A stretch of 46,020 bases of DNA from an uncultured Chromatiales bacterium (GCA_964487445.1 CAZAQG010000004.1:1-46020), one strand, 5' to 3'; counted from the first letter of the stretch, positions 10,236 through 20,235 are shown. Notes: generated by a model not told the origin, from the letters alone. A program made the numbers and translations.

Positions 10236-11036
10236 ATGGCACGATCACCCGGAGAGACGGCGCCGCTGGCGGGGGTGGGGATCCTGGTCACCCGGCCGGC
10301 GCACCAGTCCGAGCCCCTCTGCCGTCGGATCGAGGCCGCGGGCGGACGCGCGATCCGCTTTCCGGTGCTGGAGATCCTCGATCCGGCGGATCCGGGCCCC
10401 CTGCGGTCGGTGATCGAACGGATCGAGGAGTTCGATCTGGCGATCTTCATCAGTCCCAACGCCGTGACCAAGACCCTGGACCGGTTGCCCGGGCGCCGCC
10501 CGCTGCCGCCGGCGTTGCGCGTCGCCGCAATCGGCCGGGGCTCGGCGAAGGAGCTGGCGCGCGCCGGGGTGCCTGCGGACATCGTACCGGCGCCGCCGTT
10601 CAACAGCGAGGCGCTGCTGGCGACCGAGGCGATGCAGGCGGTGGCGGGCCGGCGCATCGTCATCTTTCGCGGTGAGGGTGGACGCGGGAAGCTGGGCGAC
10701 GAGCTGCGCCGGCGCGGTGCGCGCGTCGAGTACGCAGAGGCCTACCGCCGCGCCCGTCCGGACGCCGACGTGAGCCGAGTGCTGCGCCACTGGGTGCGCG
10801 GCGAGTTGCAGGTCGTCACCGTCACCAGCAACGAGGGGTTGCGCAACCTGTTCGAACTGGTCGGGAAGCTCGGCCGGCAATGGCTGTGCCGCACCCCGCT
10901 GGTGACCCTGAGCGAACGTACCGCCGCGCTCGCCCGGGAACTCGGTTGCCGCGAGTCGGTGACGGTGGCCCGCGAGGCGAGCGACGAGGCACTGGTCGCC
11001 GCCGCCGGGGAATGGGTGCGCAGGCGGCGGGATTGA
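10236..11036 (+). CDS. hemD: Uroporphyrinogen-III synthase
   Basis: ATG at 10236 within track ORF 9966..11036. It begins GVGILVTRPAHQSEPLCRRIEAAGGRAIRFPVLEI. Position after hemC supports the call. Confidence 0.88.
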   Translation: MARSPGETAPLAGVGILVTRPAHQSEPLCRRIEAAGGRAIRFPVLEILDPADPGPLRSVIERIEEFDLAIFISPNAVTKTLDRLPGRRPLPPALRVAAIGRGSAKELARAGVPADIVPAPPFNSEALLATEAMQAVAGRRIVIFRGEGGRGKLGDELRRRGARVEYAEAYRRARPDADVSRVLRHWVRGELQVVTVTSNEGLRNLFELVGKLGRQWLCRTPLVTLSERTAALARELGCRESVTVAREASDEALVAAAGEWVRRRRD

Positions 11037-11183
11037 CGCGCGCGCCTCGCCGGGGTGTGCACGATCCGTTACCATTCCCGCAGGAGCGAACGCCCCGGCC
11101 CGCCCGCGCGGCGACCGGGCGCGGCGATAGCGAAACGGCCTGCGGCGTTCACCGACGTCGCGGCGTCGGGGAGAGCAGCGGGC

Positions 11184-12260
11184 ATGAATGAACAGGGGTC
11201 GGTCCCGGAGCAGGCCGGGGCGGGCGAGGAGCCCGCACAGACGCCGGTCGGGTCGGCGCCGGACACTGCGGCGCGCCCCGGTCGTTGGGGCGCATGGATC
11301 GCGATCCTGGCGCTGTTGGTCGCCCTGGCGTCCCTCGGCGGCGCCGGCTGGCTGGGTTGGCACCAGTACCGCGAGGCGCGTGCGCGCGCGAGCCTCGAAT
11401 CCCGGGTCGCCGCGCTGCGCGTGCGGCTGGAGGCGACCGCCGCGCGGCTGGATCGCGCCGAAGCCGCGCACGAGGCGCGCGAGCGCGACCTGGAGCGGGC
11501 GTTCTCGTCACTGCGGACCCGCTTGGGGCGCGATCGCGGCGGCTGGATCGTCGCCGAGGCCGGCTACCTGCTGTCGATCGCCAACCAGCGCGCCCAGTTG
11601 AGCGGCGACGCCGCGACCGCGCTGGCCGCGCTCGAGGAAGCGGACCGACGCCTCGCGGCGCTCGCCGACCCGGCGTTCCATCCGGTGCGCGAGCGCATCG
11701 CCCAGGAGATTGCCGCGCTCAAGGCGGCACCGCGCGTCGACCTGACGGGGATCGAGGCACGGATCGCAGCACTCATCGCGCAGGTCGACACGCTGCCGGT
11801 GGCCGGTGCGCGGGTACGGCCGATCGTGGGCGCGGGCGGGCCCGCCCGCGGCGCGGCGGTGCACGGCTGGCGGGCGGCGTTGCGCGAGGTCGGCGACAGC
11901 CTGCGCAGCCTCGTAGTCGTCCGCCGGGTCGAACACCCCGCGCGTCCCTTGCTGGCGCCCGAGCAACGCTATTTCCTGTACCAGAACCTCATTCTGCAAC
12001 TGGAAACCGCGCGCCTGGCCTTGCTCGGAAGTGAGCCCGGCGTATACCGCTCGAGTCTCGAGACCGCCGGGCGGTGGGTCGCCGAATACTTCGATCCCCA
12101 GGCGCCCGCCACCCGCGCGGCCGAGACCGAAATCCGGCGGCTCGCCGGTGCGCGCGTCGCCACGCGGCTCCCCGACCTCTCCGGCTCGTTACGCCTGCTG
12201 CGGCGCATCGCGGGCGGCACCTACGGCCCCGCCCCGGCGGGCGCAGGCGCGGGGCGGTGA
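11184..12260 (+). CDS. hemX: HemX-family membrane protein
   Basis: ATG at 11184 (MNEQGSV...). It has a single TM segment (WIAILALLVALASLGGAGWLGW) followed by a long coiled region. It lies between hemD and hemY as in Pseudomonas and E. coli. Confidence 0.8.
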   Translation: MNEQGSVPEQAGAGEEPAQTPVGSAPDTAARPGRWGAWIAILALLVALASLGGAGWLGWHQYREARARASLESRVAALRVRLEATAARLDRAEAAHEARERDLERAFSSLRTRLGRDRGGWIVAEAGYLLSIANQRAQLSGDAATALAALEEADRRLAALADPAFHPVRERIAQEIAALKAAPRVDLTGIEARIAALIAQVDTLPVAGARVRPIVGAGGPARGAAVHGWRAALREVGDSLRSLVVVRRVEHPARPLLAPEQRYFLYQNLILQLETARLALLGSEPGVYRSSLETAGRWVAEYFDPQAPATRAAETEIRRLAGARVATRLPDLSGSLRLLRRIAGGTYGPAPAGAGAGR

Positions 12261-13528
12261 AATCCCTGGCGCTGCTGTTGGCGGCGGTGGTGGCGGCGGT
12301 CGCCGCCGCTCTGCTCGTGCTGCGCGATCCGGGCTACGTGATGATCGCCTACGGTCATTGGCGGGTGGAGACCACGTTGTCGCTGGCGGTGGTGCTCGTA
12401 CTCCTCGGGTTCGGGGTCTTTTACCTGTTGCTGCGGAGCCTCTCGGGTGCTCGCCGCCTGCCCGGGCGGGTACGGCACTGGCGGGTGCAGCGCCATGCGC
12501 GCCGCGCGCGCGGTGCGCTCACGCGCGGCCTGCTGCAACTCGCCGAGGGTCGCTGGGCGGATGCCGAGCGCACCCTGACGCGCTCGGCATCCGCCGGCGA
12601 CGCGCCGTTGCTCCACTACCTCGGAGCGGCGCGCGCGGCGCAACGCCAGGGCGCGCACGAGCGCCGTGACCGCTACCTCGCGCGGGCCCACGAGAGCATG
12701 CCGGAGGCCGATGTGGCGGTCGGCCTGACCCAGGCGGAGATGCAGATCGCCGAGCGCCAAGCCGAGCAGGCCCTCGCCACCCTCACCCACCTGCGCACCC
12801 TCGCGCCGCGCCATGTCCATGTGCTGAAGCTGTTGGCGGCCCTCTACGGTGATCTGCACGAATGGGCATCCCTGCGCGACTTGCTGCCGGAGTTGCGCCG
12901 GCGTCACGTCGTCGACCCGGCCCAGGCCGCGGAACTGGAGCGGCGCGTGCATGTGGCGCTGCTCGACGAGGCCGCGCGCGATGGTGACCTGACCCGACTG
13001 CGCGCCGCCTGGGCACGGGTGCCGCGGCGCCTGCGCCGCGACGAGGCGCCGTTGCTGTGCTACGTGGGCCACCTGCGCGAGTTCGGCGCCGAGGCCGAGG
13101 CCGAGCCGCTGCTGCGCGAGGCGTTGCAACATTCCTGGAGCGAGGCGCTCGTCGCGTGCTACGGCGTGATCGCCGGTCCCGACCCCGGTCGCCAGCTGGA
13201 AACCGCCGAGTCATGGTTGTCGGGGCACGAGCGCAATCCGGTCCTGCTGCTCGCGCTCGGGCGCCTGTGCCTGCGCAACCGGCTCTGGGGCAAGGCGCGC
13301 AGCTACCTGGAGGCGAGCATCGGCGCCGGACCGCAGCCGGCCGCCTATCGCGAACTCGGGCGGCTGCTCGAACAGCTCGGCGAACAGGACGCGGCCCGGG
13401 AGCACTATCGCAAGGGACTCGAGCTGGCGGTGGAGAGCGATCCGCGGCTGCCGGGTCCGGGGCCGCAGGGCCTGCCGCTGCCGTCCGCCGCACCCGGTCT
13501 CGTCCCCGGCGCCCGCGCCGCTTCCTGA
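12257..13528 (+). CDS. hemY: HemY-family (TPR-containing) membrane protein
   Basis: GTG at 12257 overlaps the hemX stop (GTGA). It has two N-terminal TM helices (VKSLALLLAAVVAAVAAALLVL, LSLAVVLVLLGFGVFYLLL) and then TPR-like repeats. Confidence 0.82.
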   Translation: MKSLALLLAAVVAAVAAALLVLRDPGYVMIAYGHWRVETTLSLAVVLVLLGFGVFYLLLRSLSGARRLPGRVRHWRVQRHARRARGALTRGLLQLAEGRWADAERTLTRSASAGDAPLLHYLGAARAAQRQGAHERRDRYLARAHESMPEADVAVGLTQAEMQIAERQAEQALATLTHLRTLAPRHVHVLKLLAALYGDLHEWASLRDLLPELRRRHVVDPAQAAELERRVHVALLDEAARDGDLTRLRAAWARVPRRLRRDEAPLLCYVGHLREFGAEAEAEPLLREALQHSWSEALVACYGVIAGPDPGRQLETAESWLSGHERNPVLLLALGRLCLRNRLWGKARSYLEASIGAGPQPAAYRELGRLLEQLGEQDAAREHYRKGLELAVESDPRLPGPGPQGLPLPSAAPGLVPGARAAS

Positions 13529-13537
13529 CGGACTGGG

Positions 13538-13565
13538 TGTTCGTAGCGGGGCGTGTGGGAGATCG
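13538..13565. repeat. 28-nt intergenic repeat, copy 1 (second copy at 15623-15650)
   Basis: tgttcgtagcggggcgtgtgggagatcg matches tgttcgtagcgggacgagcgggagagcg at 24 of 28 positions. Here it forms an imperfect hairpin with cccctctacg downstream. Confidence 0.6.
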
Positions 13566-13582
13566 GCCCCTCTACGGCGGTC

Positions 13583-13605
13583 GGCCGGGCGCGCCCGGCC
13601 CTACC
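13583..13605. repeat. REP-like palindromic unit (same family as the units at 36104-36307)
   Basis: ggccgggc-gc-gcccggcc followed by ctacc. The cta is the stop codon (TAG, - strand) of the reductase gene. Confidence 0.6.
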
Positions 13606-14677
13606 GGGGGGCACGATCACCGATGCGCGTGTAGGGCGGGTCTTGGTCCGCCGTCGTGGAACGGGAATCCCGCGCGGGCGCGAAGGAGTCGTAGTAGAGG
13701 CGCTCGAGGGGGAGGCCGTGTTCGTGAAAGGCGTGCTTGGCCGCCTCGATCATGGGCGGCGGACCGCTCATGTAGACCTCGTGGGCGCTGAGATCCGGAT
13801 ATTCCTCGATCACCGCCTCGTGCACGAAGCCTTGGCGCCCGTCCCAGCCCTCGGCGGGACCGGCCTCGGAGAGCACGGGCGTGTAGCGGAAGCCGGGATA
13901 TCGCCCGGCCCAGCCGAGCGGTAGTTCGTGCAGATAGAGGTCGTGTTGCGCACGCGCACCTCGGTATAGGTGGATCGGGCGCTCGATCCCTTCGTGGAAG
14001 GCGTGTTCGATCATGCTTTTGAGCGGCGCGAAGCCCGTGCCCCCGCCCACCATGATGATCGGGCGCTCCGAGTCCTCGCGCAGAAAGAAACTGCCGAGCG
14101 GACCCTGGAAGCGCAGCAGGTCTTTCTCCTTCATCTCGTTGAAGACGTGACCACTGAAGCGCCCGCCCTCCACGTGCCGTATATGCAGCTCGAGCCGTTC
14201 GCCGTCGTGCGGGGCGTTGGCGAGCGAGAACGATCGCCGGCCGCCGCCGCGCAGCAGGATGTCGAGGTACTGCCCGGCGAGGAACTGCAGGCGCTCGGTG
14301 GCCGGCGTCTTCAGGAACAGGCGCATCACGTCCGGTGCGAGCCGCTCCATGCGCGTCACCCGACAGGGCAGAGTCTTGACCGCGATGCCCCTGGCGGCGT
14401 CGATCTCGCGCATCTCGATCACGAGGTCGGAGACCGGGTAGGCGCTGCAGAGCAGGGCGCGGCCCTCGGCCTCCTCCTCCGGCGTGATTCCGGTCGGTGT
14501 CGGACCCCGGTAGTCGATCACGCCGGAGAGCACGCGCCCCCGGCAGGTGCCGCAGGTGCCGTTGCGACAACCGTACGGGAAGGCGAGGTCTGCGCGCAAT
14601 GCCGCTTCGAGTACGGTCTCGCCGTCCTCGACTTCGAATCCGTGCCCGCTGGGCCGTAGGCTGACGTGAAAGGCCAT
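13601..14677 (-). CDS. 2Fe-2S ferredoxin-domain / FAD-NAD(P)H oxidoreductase (Fre / CDP-6-deoxy-delta-3,4-glucoseen reductase-like)
   Basis: N-terminal plant-type ferredoxin motif CRNGTCGTCRGRV...LLC, flavin motif RRSFSLAN, and NAD(P) motif GGGTGFAPLKSM. A gene of this family neighbours ubiD in E. coli (fre) and Pseudomonas. Confidence 0.88.
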   Translation of the reverse strand: MAFHVSLRPSGHGFEVEDGETVLEAALRADLAFPYGCRNGTCGTCRGRVLSGVIDYRGPTPTGITPEEEAEGRALLCSAYPVSDLVIEMREIDAARGIAVKTLPCRVTRMERLAPDVMRLFLKTPATERLQFLAGQYLDILLRGGGRRSFSLANAPHDGERLELHIRHVEGGRFSGHVFNEMKEKDLLRFQGPLGSFFLREDSERPIIMVGGGTGFAPLKSMIEHAFHEGIERPIHLYRGARAQHDLYLHELPLGWAGRYPGFRYTPVLSEAGPAEGWDGRQGFVHEAVIEEYPDLSAHEVYMSGPPPMIEAAKHAFHEHGLPLERLYYDSFAPARDSRSTTADQDPPYTRIGDRAPR

Positions 14678-14841
14678 GATTTAAAATCCCGCTGTAGACA
14701 ATCGAACCATTGTCCCCGTTTCGCCGGGGCGGAAAAACCCGCGAACCCTGTGGTGATCGTCGGCTGCGCGAGAAACCCGGTGCGGCACAGTGGCGCGCCG
14801 ACCCGCCCGCCCGAGTGGACGGCCCGGGCGTTCTGAACGGG

Positions 14842-15480
14842 TCAACATGCCCGGTGGCGGTTGTGTTCCAGCCAGTCCAGCAGCGGGTGCCACTGGAGCA
14901 GATCGGGCGCCACCAGGGACGGTGCGAGTTCGAAGATCCCCAGTCCGCGCTCGGCCGCGCGCCGGTAGTTCCGGCTCTCGCGCAGGGCGGTGACGTAGGG
15001 GATGGCGAGGCGTTTGAGGAACCGTTCGAGGTCTTGGAACACCGATGTCTGTTCGTGCACCCGGTTGGCGATTACCGCCAGGCGCGGATCGCGGCGTGAG
15101 ATCCGCCCGACCAACAGCAGTTCCTCGATGAAGTGCGCCGCCGCGCGGGTGTCCGGGGAGGACGGGAGTACGGGGACGATGAGCGTGGCGGCGCGGCGCG
15201 CCAGCGCCGAGAGTCGCTCCCCGTGTATCGCCGCCGGGCCGTCCATGATCAGGTACTCGGTGCCGCGCGGGACCCGGAACGGCCCCCGCCAGGCCGCAAT
15301 GCCATGCACCCGGGGCCGCATCGGCGGACGATGTGCCAGCCACTCCAGCGAAGAACCCTGCGGGTCGAAGTCGGCGAGCGCCACGTTCGCCCCGTCCAGG
15401 GCATAGAAGCCGGCGAGGTTGGTCGCGATAACACTCTTTCCACTGCCGTCCTTGGCGCTCAGCACCATGATGCTACGCAT
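14842..15480 (-). CDS. Orphan ParA/MinD-superfamily P-loop ATPase (short type Ib ParA-like)
   Basis: 212 aa beginning MRSIMVLSAKDGSGKSVIATNLAG. The Walker A is KDGSGKS rather than the usual KGGxGKT. It also has DFDPQGSSLEWL, LIMDGP and LPSSPDTRAA motifs typical of small ParA proteins. Confidence 0.8.
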   Translation of the reverse strand: MRSIMVLSAKDGSGKSVIATNLAGFYALDGANVALADFDPQGSSLEWLAHRPPMRPRVHGIAAWRGPFRVPRGTEYLIMDGPAAIHGERLSALARRAATLIVPVLPSSPDTRAAAHFIEELLLVGRISRRDPRLAVIANRVHEQTSVFQDLERFLKRLAIPYVTALRESRNYRRAAERGLGIFELAPSLVAPDLLQWHPLLDWLEHNRHRAC

Positions 15481-15622
15481 CCCTACTCTCTCCCCTTGGG
15501 CCGTAGCAGATCCCGCTCCGGATCCGCCGACAAAGGCGGCTCTTCCCGGGGTGTCGGCCGGCCGACCGCGGCGCTGAAACCGGGCTCCGCGCGCATCCGG
15601 ACCGGAGCCCGTCGAATTTGGC

Positions 15623-15650
15623 TGTTCGTAGCGGGACGAGCGGGAGAGCG
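15623..15650. repeat. 28-nt intergenic repeat, copy 2
   Basis: See 13538-13565. This copy lies between the ubiD stop and the parA-like start. Confidence 0.6.
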
Positions 15651-15681
15651 AGGACCGTTTCCGGTCGTTCGAGGCGAAACA

Positions 15682-17160
15682 CTAGGGGTCGTCGAAGATG
15701 CCGAGCGCGGACCAGACCTCGTCCACCCGACGACGCACCTCCTCGCTCATGTGGATCGTCCGGCCCCAGGTGCGCTGCGTCTCTCCCGGCCACTTGTGGG
15801 TGGCGTCGAAGCCGATCTTGCCGCCCAGCCCCGCGACCGGCGAGGCGAAGTCGAGATAGTCGATCGGTGTGCGCTCGATGATGAGGGTATCGCGTGCCGG
15901 GTCCATGCGCGTGGTCATGGCCCAGATCACGTCTTTCCAGTCGCGCGCGTTCACGTCCTCGTCGGTGACGATCACGAACTTGGTGTACATGAACTGGCGC
16001 AGGAACGACCAGACCCCGAACAGGATGCGCTTGGCGTGGCCCGGGTACTGCTTGCGGATCGTCACCACGGCGAGCCGGTACGAGCAGCCCTCGGGCGGCA
16101 GATAGAAGTCGGTGATCTCCGGAAACTGCTTTTGCAGGATCGGCACGAACACCTCGTTGAGCGCCATGCCGAGGATCGCCGGTTCGTCGGGCGGTCGACC
16201 GGTGTAGGTGCTGTGGTAGATCGGTGCGTCGCGGTGCGTGATGCGCTCGACGGTGAATACCGGGAAGGACTCGACTTCGTTGTAGTAGCCGGTATGGTCG
16301 CCGAACGGGCCCTCGGGGGCGCTGTCGCCGGGGTGGATCCAACCCTCGAGCACGAACTCGGCGCTCGCCGGCACCGGCAGGTCGTGGGTGAGGCACTTCA
16401 CCAGTTCGGTGCGCGCGCCGCGCAGCAGGCCCGCGAAGGCGTACTCCGAGAGGGTGTCCGGTATCGGGGTCACCGCCCCGAGGATGGTGGCCGGATCGGC
16501 GCCCAGCGCGACGGCGACCGGGAACGGTTCGCCCGGGTGCGCGCCCTGCCAGTCGGCGTAGTCCAGGGCCCCGCCGCGGTGCGCCAGCCAGCGCATGATG
16601 ACCCGGTTGCGGCCGATGACCTGCTGGCGGTAGATGCCGAGGTTGTGGCGCTCGCGGTGCGGGCCGCGCGTCACGACCAGCGCCCAGGTGATCAGCGGAC
16701 CGGCATCCTCCGGCCAGCAGGTCTGTATCGGGAGCGAGCCGAGGTCCACGTCCGCCCCTTCCAGGACATGGCGCTGGCAGGGTGCGTCGCGCACCATCCG
16801 CGGTGCCATGTTGAGCACCTGTTTGAACACCGGGATCTGGCGCCAGGCCTCGCGCACCCCCCGCGGCGCCTCCGGCTCCTTGAGTGCGGCGAGCAGCCGC
16901 CCGACCTCGCGCAGCGCCTCGACCGAATCCTGTCCCATGCCGAGTGCGACCCGCCGGGGGGTTCCGAACAGATTGGCCAGCACCGGGATCGAGTGGCCCT
17001 TCGGCCGCTCGAACAGCAGCGCCGGTCCGCCCCGGCGCAGCGTGCGGTCGCAGACCTCGGTCATCTCCAGGTGCGGGTCGACCTCCACGCCGATCCGGCG
17101 CAGCTCCCCGCGCCGTTCCAGGTCGTCGATAAAGTCTCTGAGGTCCTTGTAGCGCATCAC
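15682..17160 (-). CDS. ubiD: 4-hydroxy-3-polyprenylbenzoate decarboxylase
   Basis: 492 aa beginning [42 protein letters not shown]...LLFERPKG. Full-length UbiD-family match. Confidence 0.95.
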   Translation of the reverse strand: MMRYKDLRDFIDDLERRGELRRIGVEVDPHLEMTEVCDRTLRRGGPALLFERPKGHSIPVLANLFGTPRRVALGMGQDSVEALREVGRLLAALKEPEAPRGVREAWRQIPVFKQVLNMAPRMVRDAPCQRHVLEGADVDLGSLPIQTCWPEDAGPLITWALVVTRGPHRERHNLGIYRQQVIGRNRVIMRWLAHRGGALDYADWQGAHPGEPFPVAVALGADPATILGAVTPIPDTLSEYAFAGLLRGARTELVKCLTHDLPVPASAEFVLEGWIHPGDSAPEGPFGDHTGYYNEVESFPVFTVERITHRDAPIYHSTYTGRPPDEPAILGMALNEVFVPILQKQFPEITDFYLPPEGCSYRLAVVTIRKQYPGHAKRILFGVWSFLRQFMYTKFVIVTDEDVNARDWKDVIWAMTTRMDPARDTLIIERTPIDYLDFASPVAGLGGKIGFDATHKWPGETQRTWGRTIHMSEEVRRRVDEVWSALGIFDDP

Positions 17161-17261
17161 CGGTTCCCGGTGGGGGTGTGGGACGCAGCCCGCGTGCGCG
17201 GACCCCGCCTTTGGCCGGCACTGTACCGGAATCGGCCCGGCCCGTCAGCCGTGCGCCGGTC

Positions 17262-18029
17262 TCACAGGTCGAATTCGGCGATCACAGGGGCGTGGTCCGA
17301 GGGCCGTTCCCAGCCGCGCGGGGCCGGATCGATGCGCGCCGCGGTGCAGCGACGGCACAGCTCGGGGCTCGCCAGGATGTGGTCGATGCGCAGGCCGTGG
17401 TTGCGCCGGAAGGCCGCCGCGCGATAGTCCCACCAGCTGAACCGGCCCTCCGGTTGCTCGAACCGGCGGAAGGTGTCGCACAGCCCGAGCGCGAGCAGTC
17501 CCGCGAACGCGGCGCGCTCGGGTCCTGAACACAGCACCCGTCCGCGCCAGCGCTCCGGGTCGTACACGTCGCGGTCCTCCGGCGCGATATTGAAGTCTCC
17601 GAGCACCACCAGGTGCGGGTGGCGCTCGAGTTCCGTGCGCAGCGTCTCGGTGAGACGCCCCAGCCAGGACAGCTTGTAGGCGTATTGGTCCGAGTCCACG
17701 CTTTGCCCGTTGGGTACGTACAGGTTCCAGATCCGCACGCCGGCGCAGGAGGCGGCGTGCACGCGCCGCTGCGGGTCGCCCGCCCCCGGAAGATCGGTGA
17801 CCGGATCCTCCGCCGGGCGGCGGCTGAGCAGGGCCACCCCGTTGTAGGTGGGCTGCCCGGAGTGGATCGCATAATAGCCGGCCGCCTCGAACTCGGCGCT
17901 CGGGAAGCGCTCGTCCGGGAGCTTGGTCTCCTGCAGACCGAGCAGGTCGGGGGCTTCGGCCTCGAGCCAGCGCAGCACATGCGGCAGGCGCACACGCAAC
18001 GAATTGACGTTCCAGGAGGCGATCTTCAC
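17262..18029 (-). CDS. xthA: Exodeoxyribonuclease III
   Basis: Trimmed from track ORF 17262..18275 to the GTG at 18029, which is preceded by GGAGGAAAC. It begins VKIASWNVNSLRVRLPHVLRWL and has LGLQETK and a C-terminal SDHAPV. Confidence 0.9.
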   Translation of the reverse strand: MKIASWNVNSLRVRLPHVLRWLEAEAPDLLGLQETKLPDERFPSAEFEAAGYYAIHSGQPTYNGVALLSRRPAEDPVTDLPGAGDPQRRVHAASCAGVRIWNLYVPNGQSVDSDQYAYKLSWLGRLTETLRTELERHPHLVVLGDFNIAPEDRDVYDPERWRGRVLCSGPERAAFAGLLALGLCDTFRRFEQPEGRFSWWDYRAAAFRRNHGLRIDHILASPELCRRCTAARIDPAPRGWERPSDHAPVIAEFDL

Positions 18030-18066
18030 GATATCGTCGTTTCCTCCGCGATCGGTCTCGGCGCAC

Positions 18067-20121
18067 TCAGGCCGCAAGCCCCGTGTGGCGCAGCAGTGCG
18101 TCGATGGTCGGCTCCCGGCCGCGGAACTCGCGGAACAGCTCCATGGGTTCGCGTGAGCCGCCGCGTTCGAGGATGGTCGTGAGCAGTCGCCGCCCGGTCT
18201 CCGGGTCCACCCCGCCGCGCTCCTCGAAGGCGGCGAAGGCGTCCGCCGAGAGCACCTCGGCCCACAGGTAACCATAGTAGCCGGCCGCGTAGCCGCCCGA
18301 GAAGATGTGCGTGAAGGAATGCGCGAAACGGTTGAACGGCGCCGCCGCGACCACGGCGACCTGCTCGCGCACTTGGCGCAGGGTCTCGTAGATGCGCCCG
18401 CCCGCCCGCGGGTCGTGATCCAGATGGAGGTGGAAGTCGAACAACGCGAACTCGAGCTGGCGGGCGATGTGCATCGCAGAATGGAAATTGCGCGCCGCTC
18501 GCATGCGCCGGTAGAGCGCCTCGGGCAGCGGCTCGCCGCTGCGGTAGTGCCCGGATATCCGGTCCAGCACCGGGCGTTCCCAGCACCAGTTCTCCATGAA
18601 CTGGCTCGGCAGTTCCACCGCGTCCCAGGGCACGCCGTTGATCCCGGCGATGCTCGGGTAGTCGACGAGCGTGAGCATGTGGTGGAGCCCGTGCCCGAAC
18701 TCGTGGAACAGCGTGAGCACCTCCTCGTGGGTGAACAGGGCCGGCGCGTCCCCCACCGGGGGAGAGAAGTTGCACACCAGGTGCGCCACCGGTGTCTGCA
18801 GGGCCCCGCCGAGGCGTTTGCGGTTGCGGCACTCGTCCATCCACGCCCCGCCGCGCTTGCCCGGACGCGCGTAGAGATCCGTGTAGAAGTGCCCGCGCAC
18901 GCACTCGTCGGCGTCGCGGATTTCGTAGAAGCGTACCTCGGGGTGCCAGACGCCGACGCCGTCGATCCGGCGGATGCGGATGCCGTAGAGGCGTTGCACG
19001 AGATCGAACATCCCGGCGAACACGCGCGGTTCGGGGAAATAGGGTTTGAGTTCCTCCTGGGTGAGGTCGTAGCGGCTCTTGCGCAGCTTCTCGGCGAAGT
19101 AGGCGACGTCCCAGGCCTCCAGGTCCGCCGCGCCGTGCCGTTCGCGGGCGAATTCGCGCAGCTCGGCGAATTCCTCGCGCGCCCGCGGCACGGCGCGCGC
19201 GGCGAGATCGCCCAGGAAGTCCAGGACCCGGCGCGGCTCGTCCGCCATCTTGGTCGCCAGGGAGTACTCCGCGTAGTTGCCGAAGCCGAGCAGCACCGCC
19301 AGCTCGTGACGCAACGCCAGGATGCGCTCCATCCCCGCGGTATTGTCCCAGCGCCCCGCGTGCGGGCCGGCCCCCGATGCGCGGGTGATGTACGCCTCGT
19401 AGACTTCGCGACGCAATTCGCGCCGATCCGCGTAGGTCAGCACGGGCTGATAGGAGGGGAACTCCAGCGTGAGCAGCCAGCCCTGAACGCCCGCACGGCG
19501 CGCGCCCTGGGCGGCCAGGGCGCGCGCCGATTCCGGCAACCCTGCGAGCAGCGCCTCCTCGGTGATCGGTTTCTTCCAGGCGTGCGTGGCGTCGAGCACG
19601 TTGTCCTGGAAGCGGCTGCTCAGGCGCGAGAGTTCCGTTTGCAGCTCGCGGTAGCGCGCGCGCCCGGCCGCATCCAGATCGATCCCCGAGAGGTGGAAGT
19701 CGCGCAGGGCGTCGCGGACGATCTTGCCCCGCTCCGGTGCTTGGTCCGCGGAGTCCGGCGCTTGCGCGAGCGCGCGGTAGGCGCGGTAGAGGTCCTCGTT
19801 CTGTCCGAGTTCGGCGGCGTAATCGCTCAGCTTGGGCAGGCAGGCGTGGTAGGCCGCGCGCCTCGCCTCGCCGTCGAGCACCGCATTGAGGTGCGCGACG
19901 GGGGCCCAGACCCGGTCGAGGCGGTCGTCCATCTCCTCCAGCGGCGCCACCAGTTCGTCGAACGAGAACGCCTGCGCGGATCCGAGCAGGCGCGTCAGCG
20001 CCGCGCGGTTCTCGGCGAGGGTCCGTTCCACGGCCGGGACGACGTGCTCGGCGCGGATGCGCGGGAACGCCGGCAGGGAGTCGGTCTCCAGCAGGGGGTT
20101 CTCCTCGGTCGATCGATCCAT
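18067..20121 (-). CDS. prlC: Oligopeptidase A (M3 metallopeptidase)
   Basis: MDRSTEENPLLETDSLPAFPRI... with the zinc motif HEFGHGLHH. I prefer the ATG at 20121 (SD-like GAGG upstream). The track ORF extends to 20139 (GTG). Confidence 0.92.
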   Translation of the reverse strand: MDRSTEENPLLETDSLPAFPRIRAEHVVPAVERTLAENRAALTRLLGSAQAFSFDELVAPLEEMDDRLDRVWAPVAHLNAVLDGEARRAAYHACLPKLSDYAAELGQNEDLYRAYRALAQAPDSADQAPERGKIVRDALRDFHLSGIDLDAAGRARYRELQTELSRLSSRFQDNVLDATHAWKKPITEEALLAGLPESARALAAQGARRAGVQGWLLTLEFPSYQPVLTYADRRELRREVYEAYITRASGAGPHAGRWDNTAGMERILALRHELAVLLGFGNYAEYSLATKMADEPRRVLDFLGDLAARAVPRAREEFAELREFARERHGAADLEAWDVAYFAEKLRKSRYDLTQEELKPYFPEPRVFAGMFDLVQRLYGIRIRRIDGVGVWHPEVRFYEIRDADECVRGHFYTDLYARPGKRGGAWMDECRNRKRLGGALQTPVAHLVCNFSPPVGDAPALFTHEEVLTLFHEFGHGLHHMLTLVDYPSIAGINGVPWDAVELPSQFMENWCWERPVLDRISGHYRSGEPLPEALYRRMRAARNFHSAMHIARQLEFALFDFHLHLDHDPRAGGRIYETLRQVREQVAVVAAAPFNRFAHSFTHIFSGGYAAGYYGYLWAEVLSADAFAAFEERGGVDPETGRRLLTTILERGGSREPMELFREFRGREPTIDALLRHTGLAA

Positions 20122-20235
20122 CCGGCGCCTCGTCCTCACCCGGTTTGCCCGGAAACGGATAATCTACCATAGTCGGTGCCGACGCCCGCCCGCCGCGGGA
20201 AGGTCCGCACACTCACCGACCGGGGGATTTTGGTT

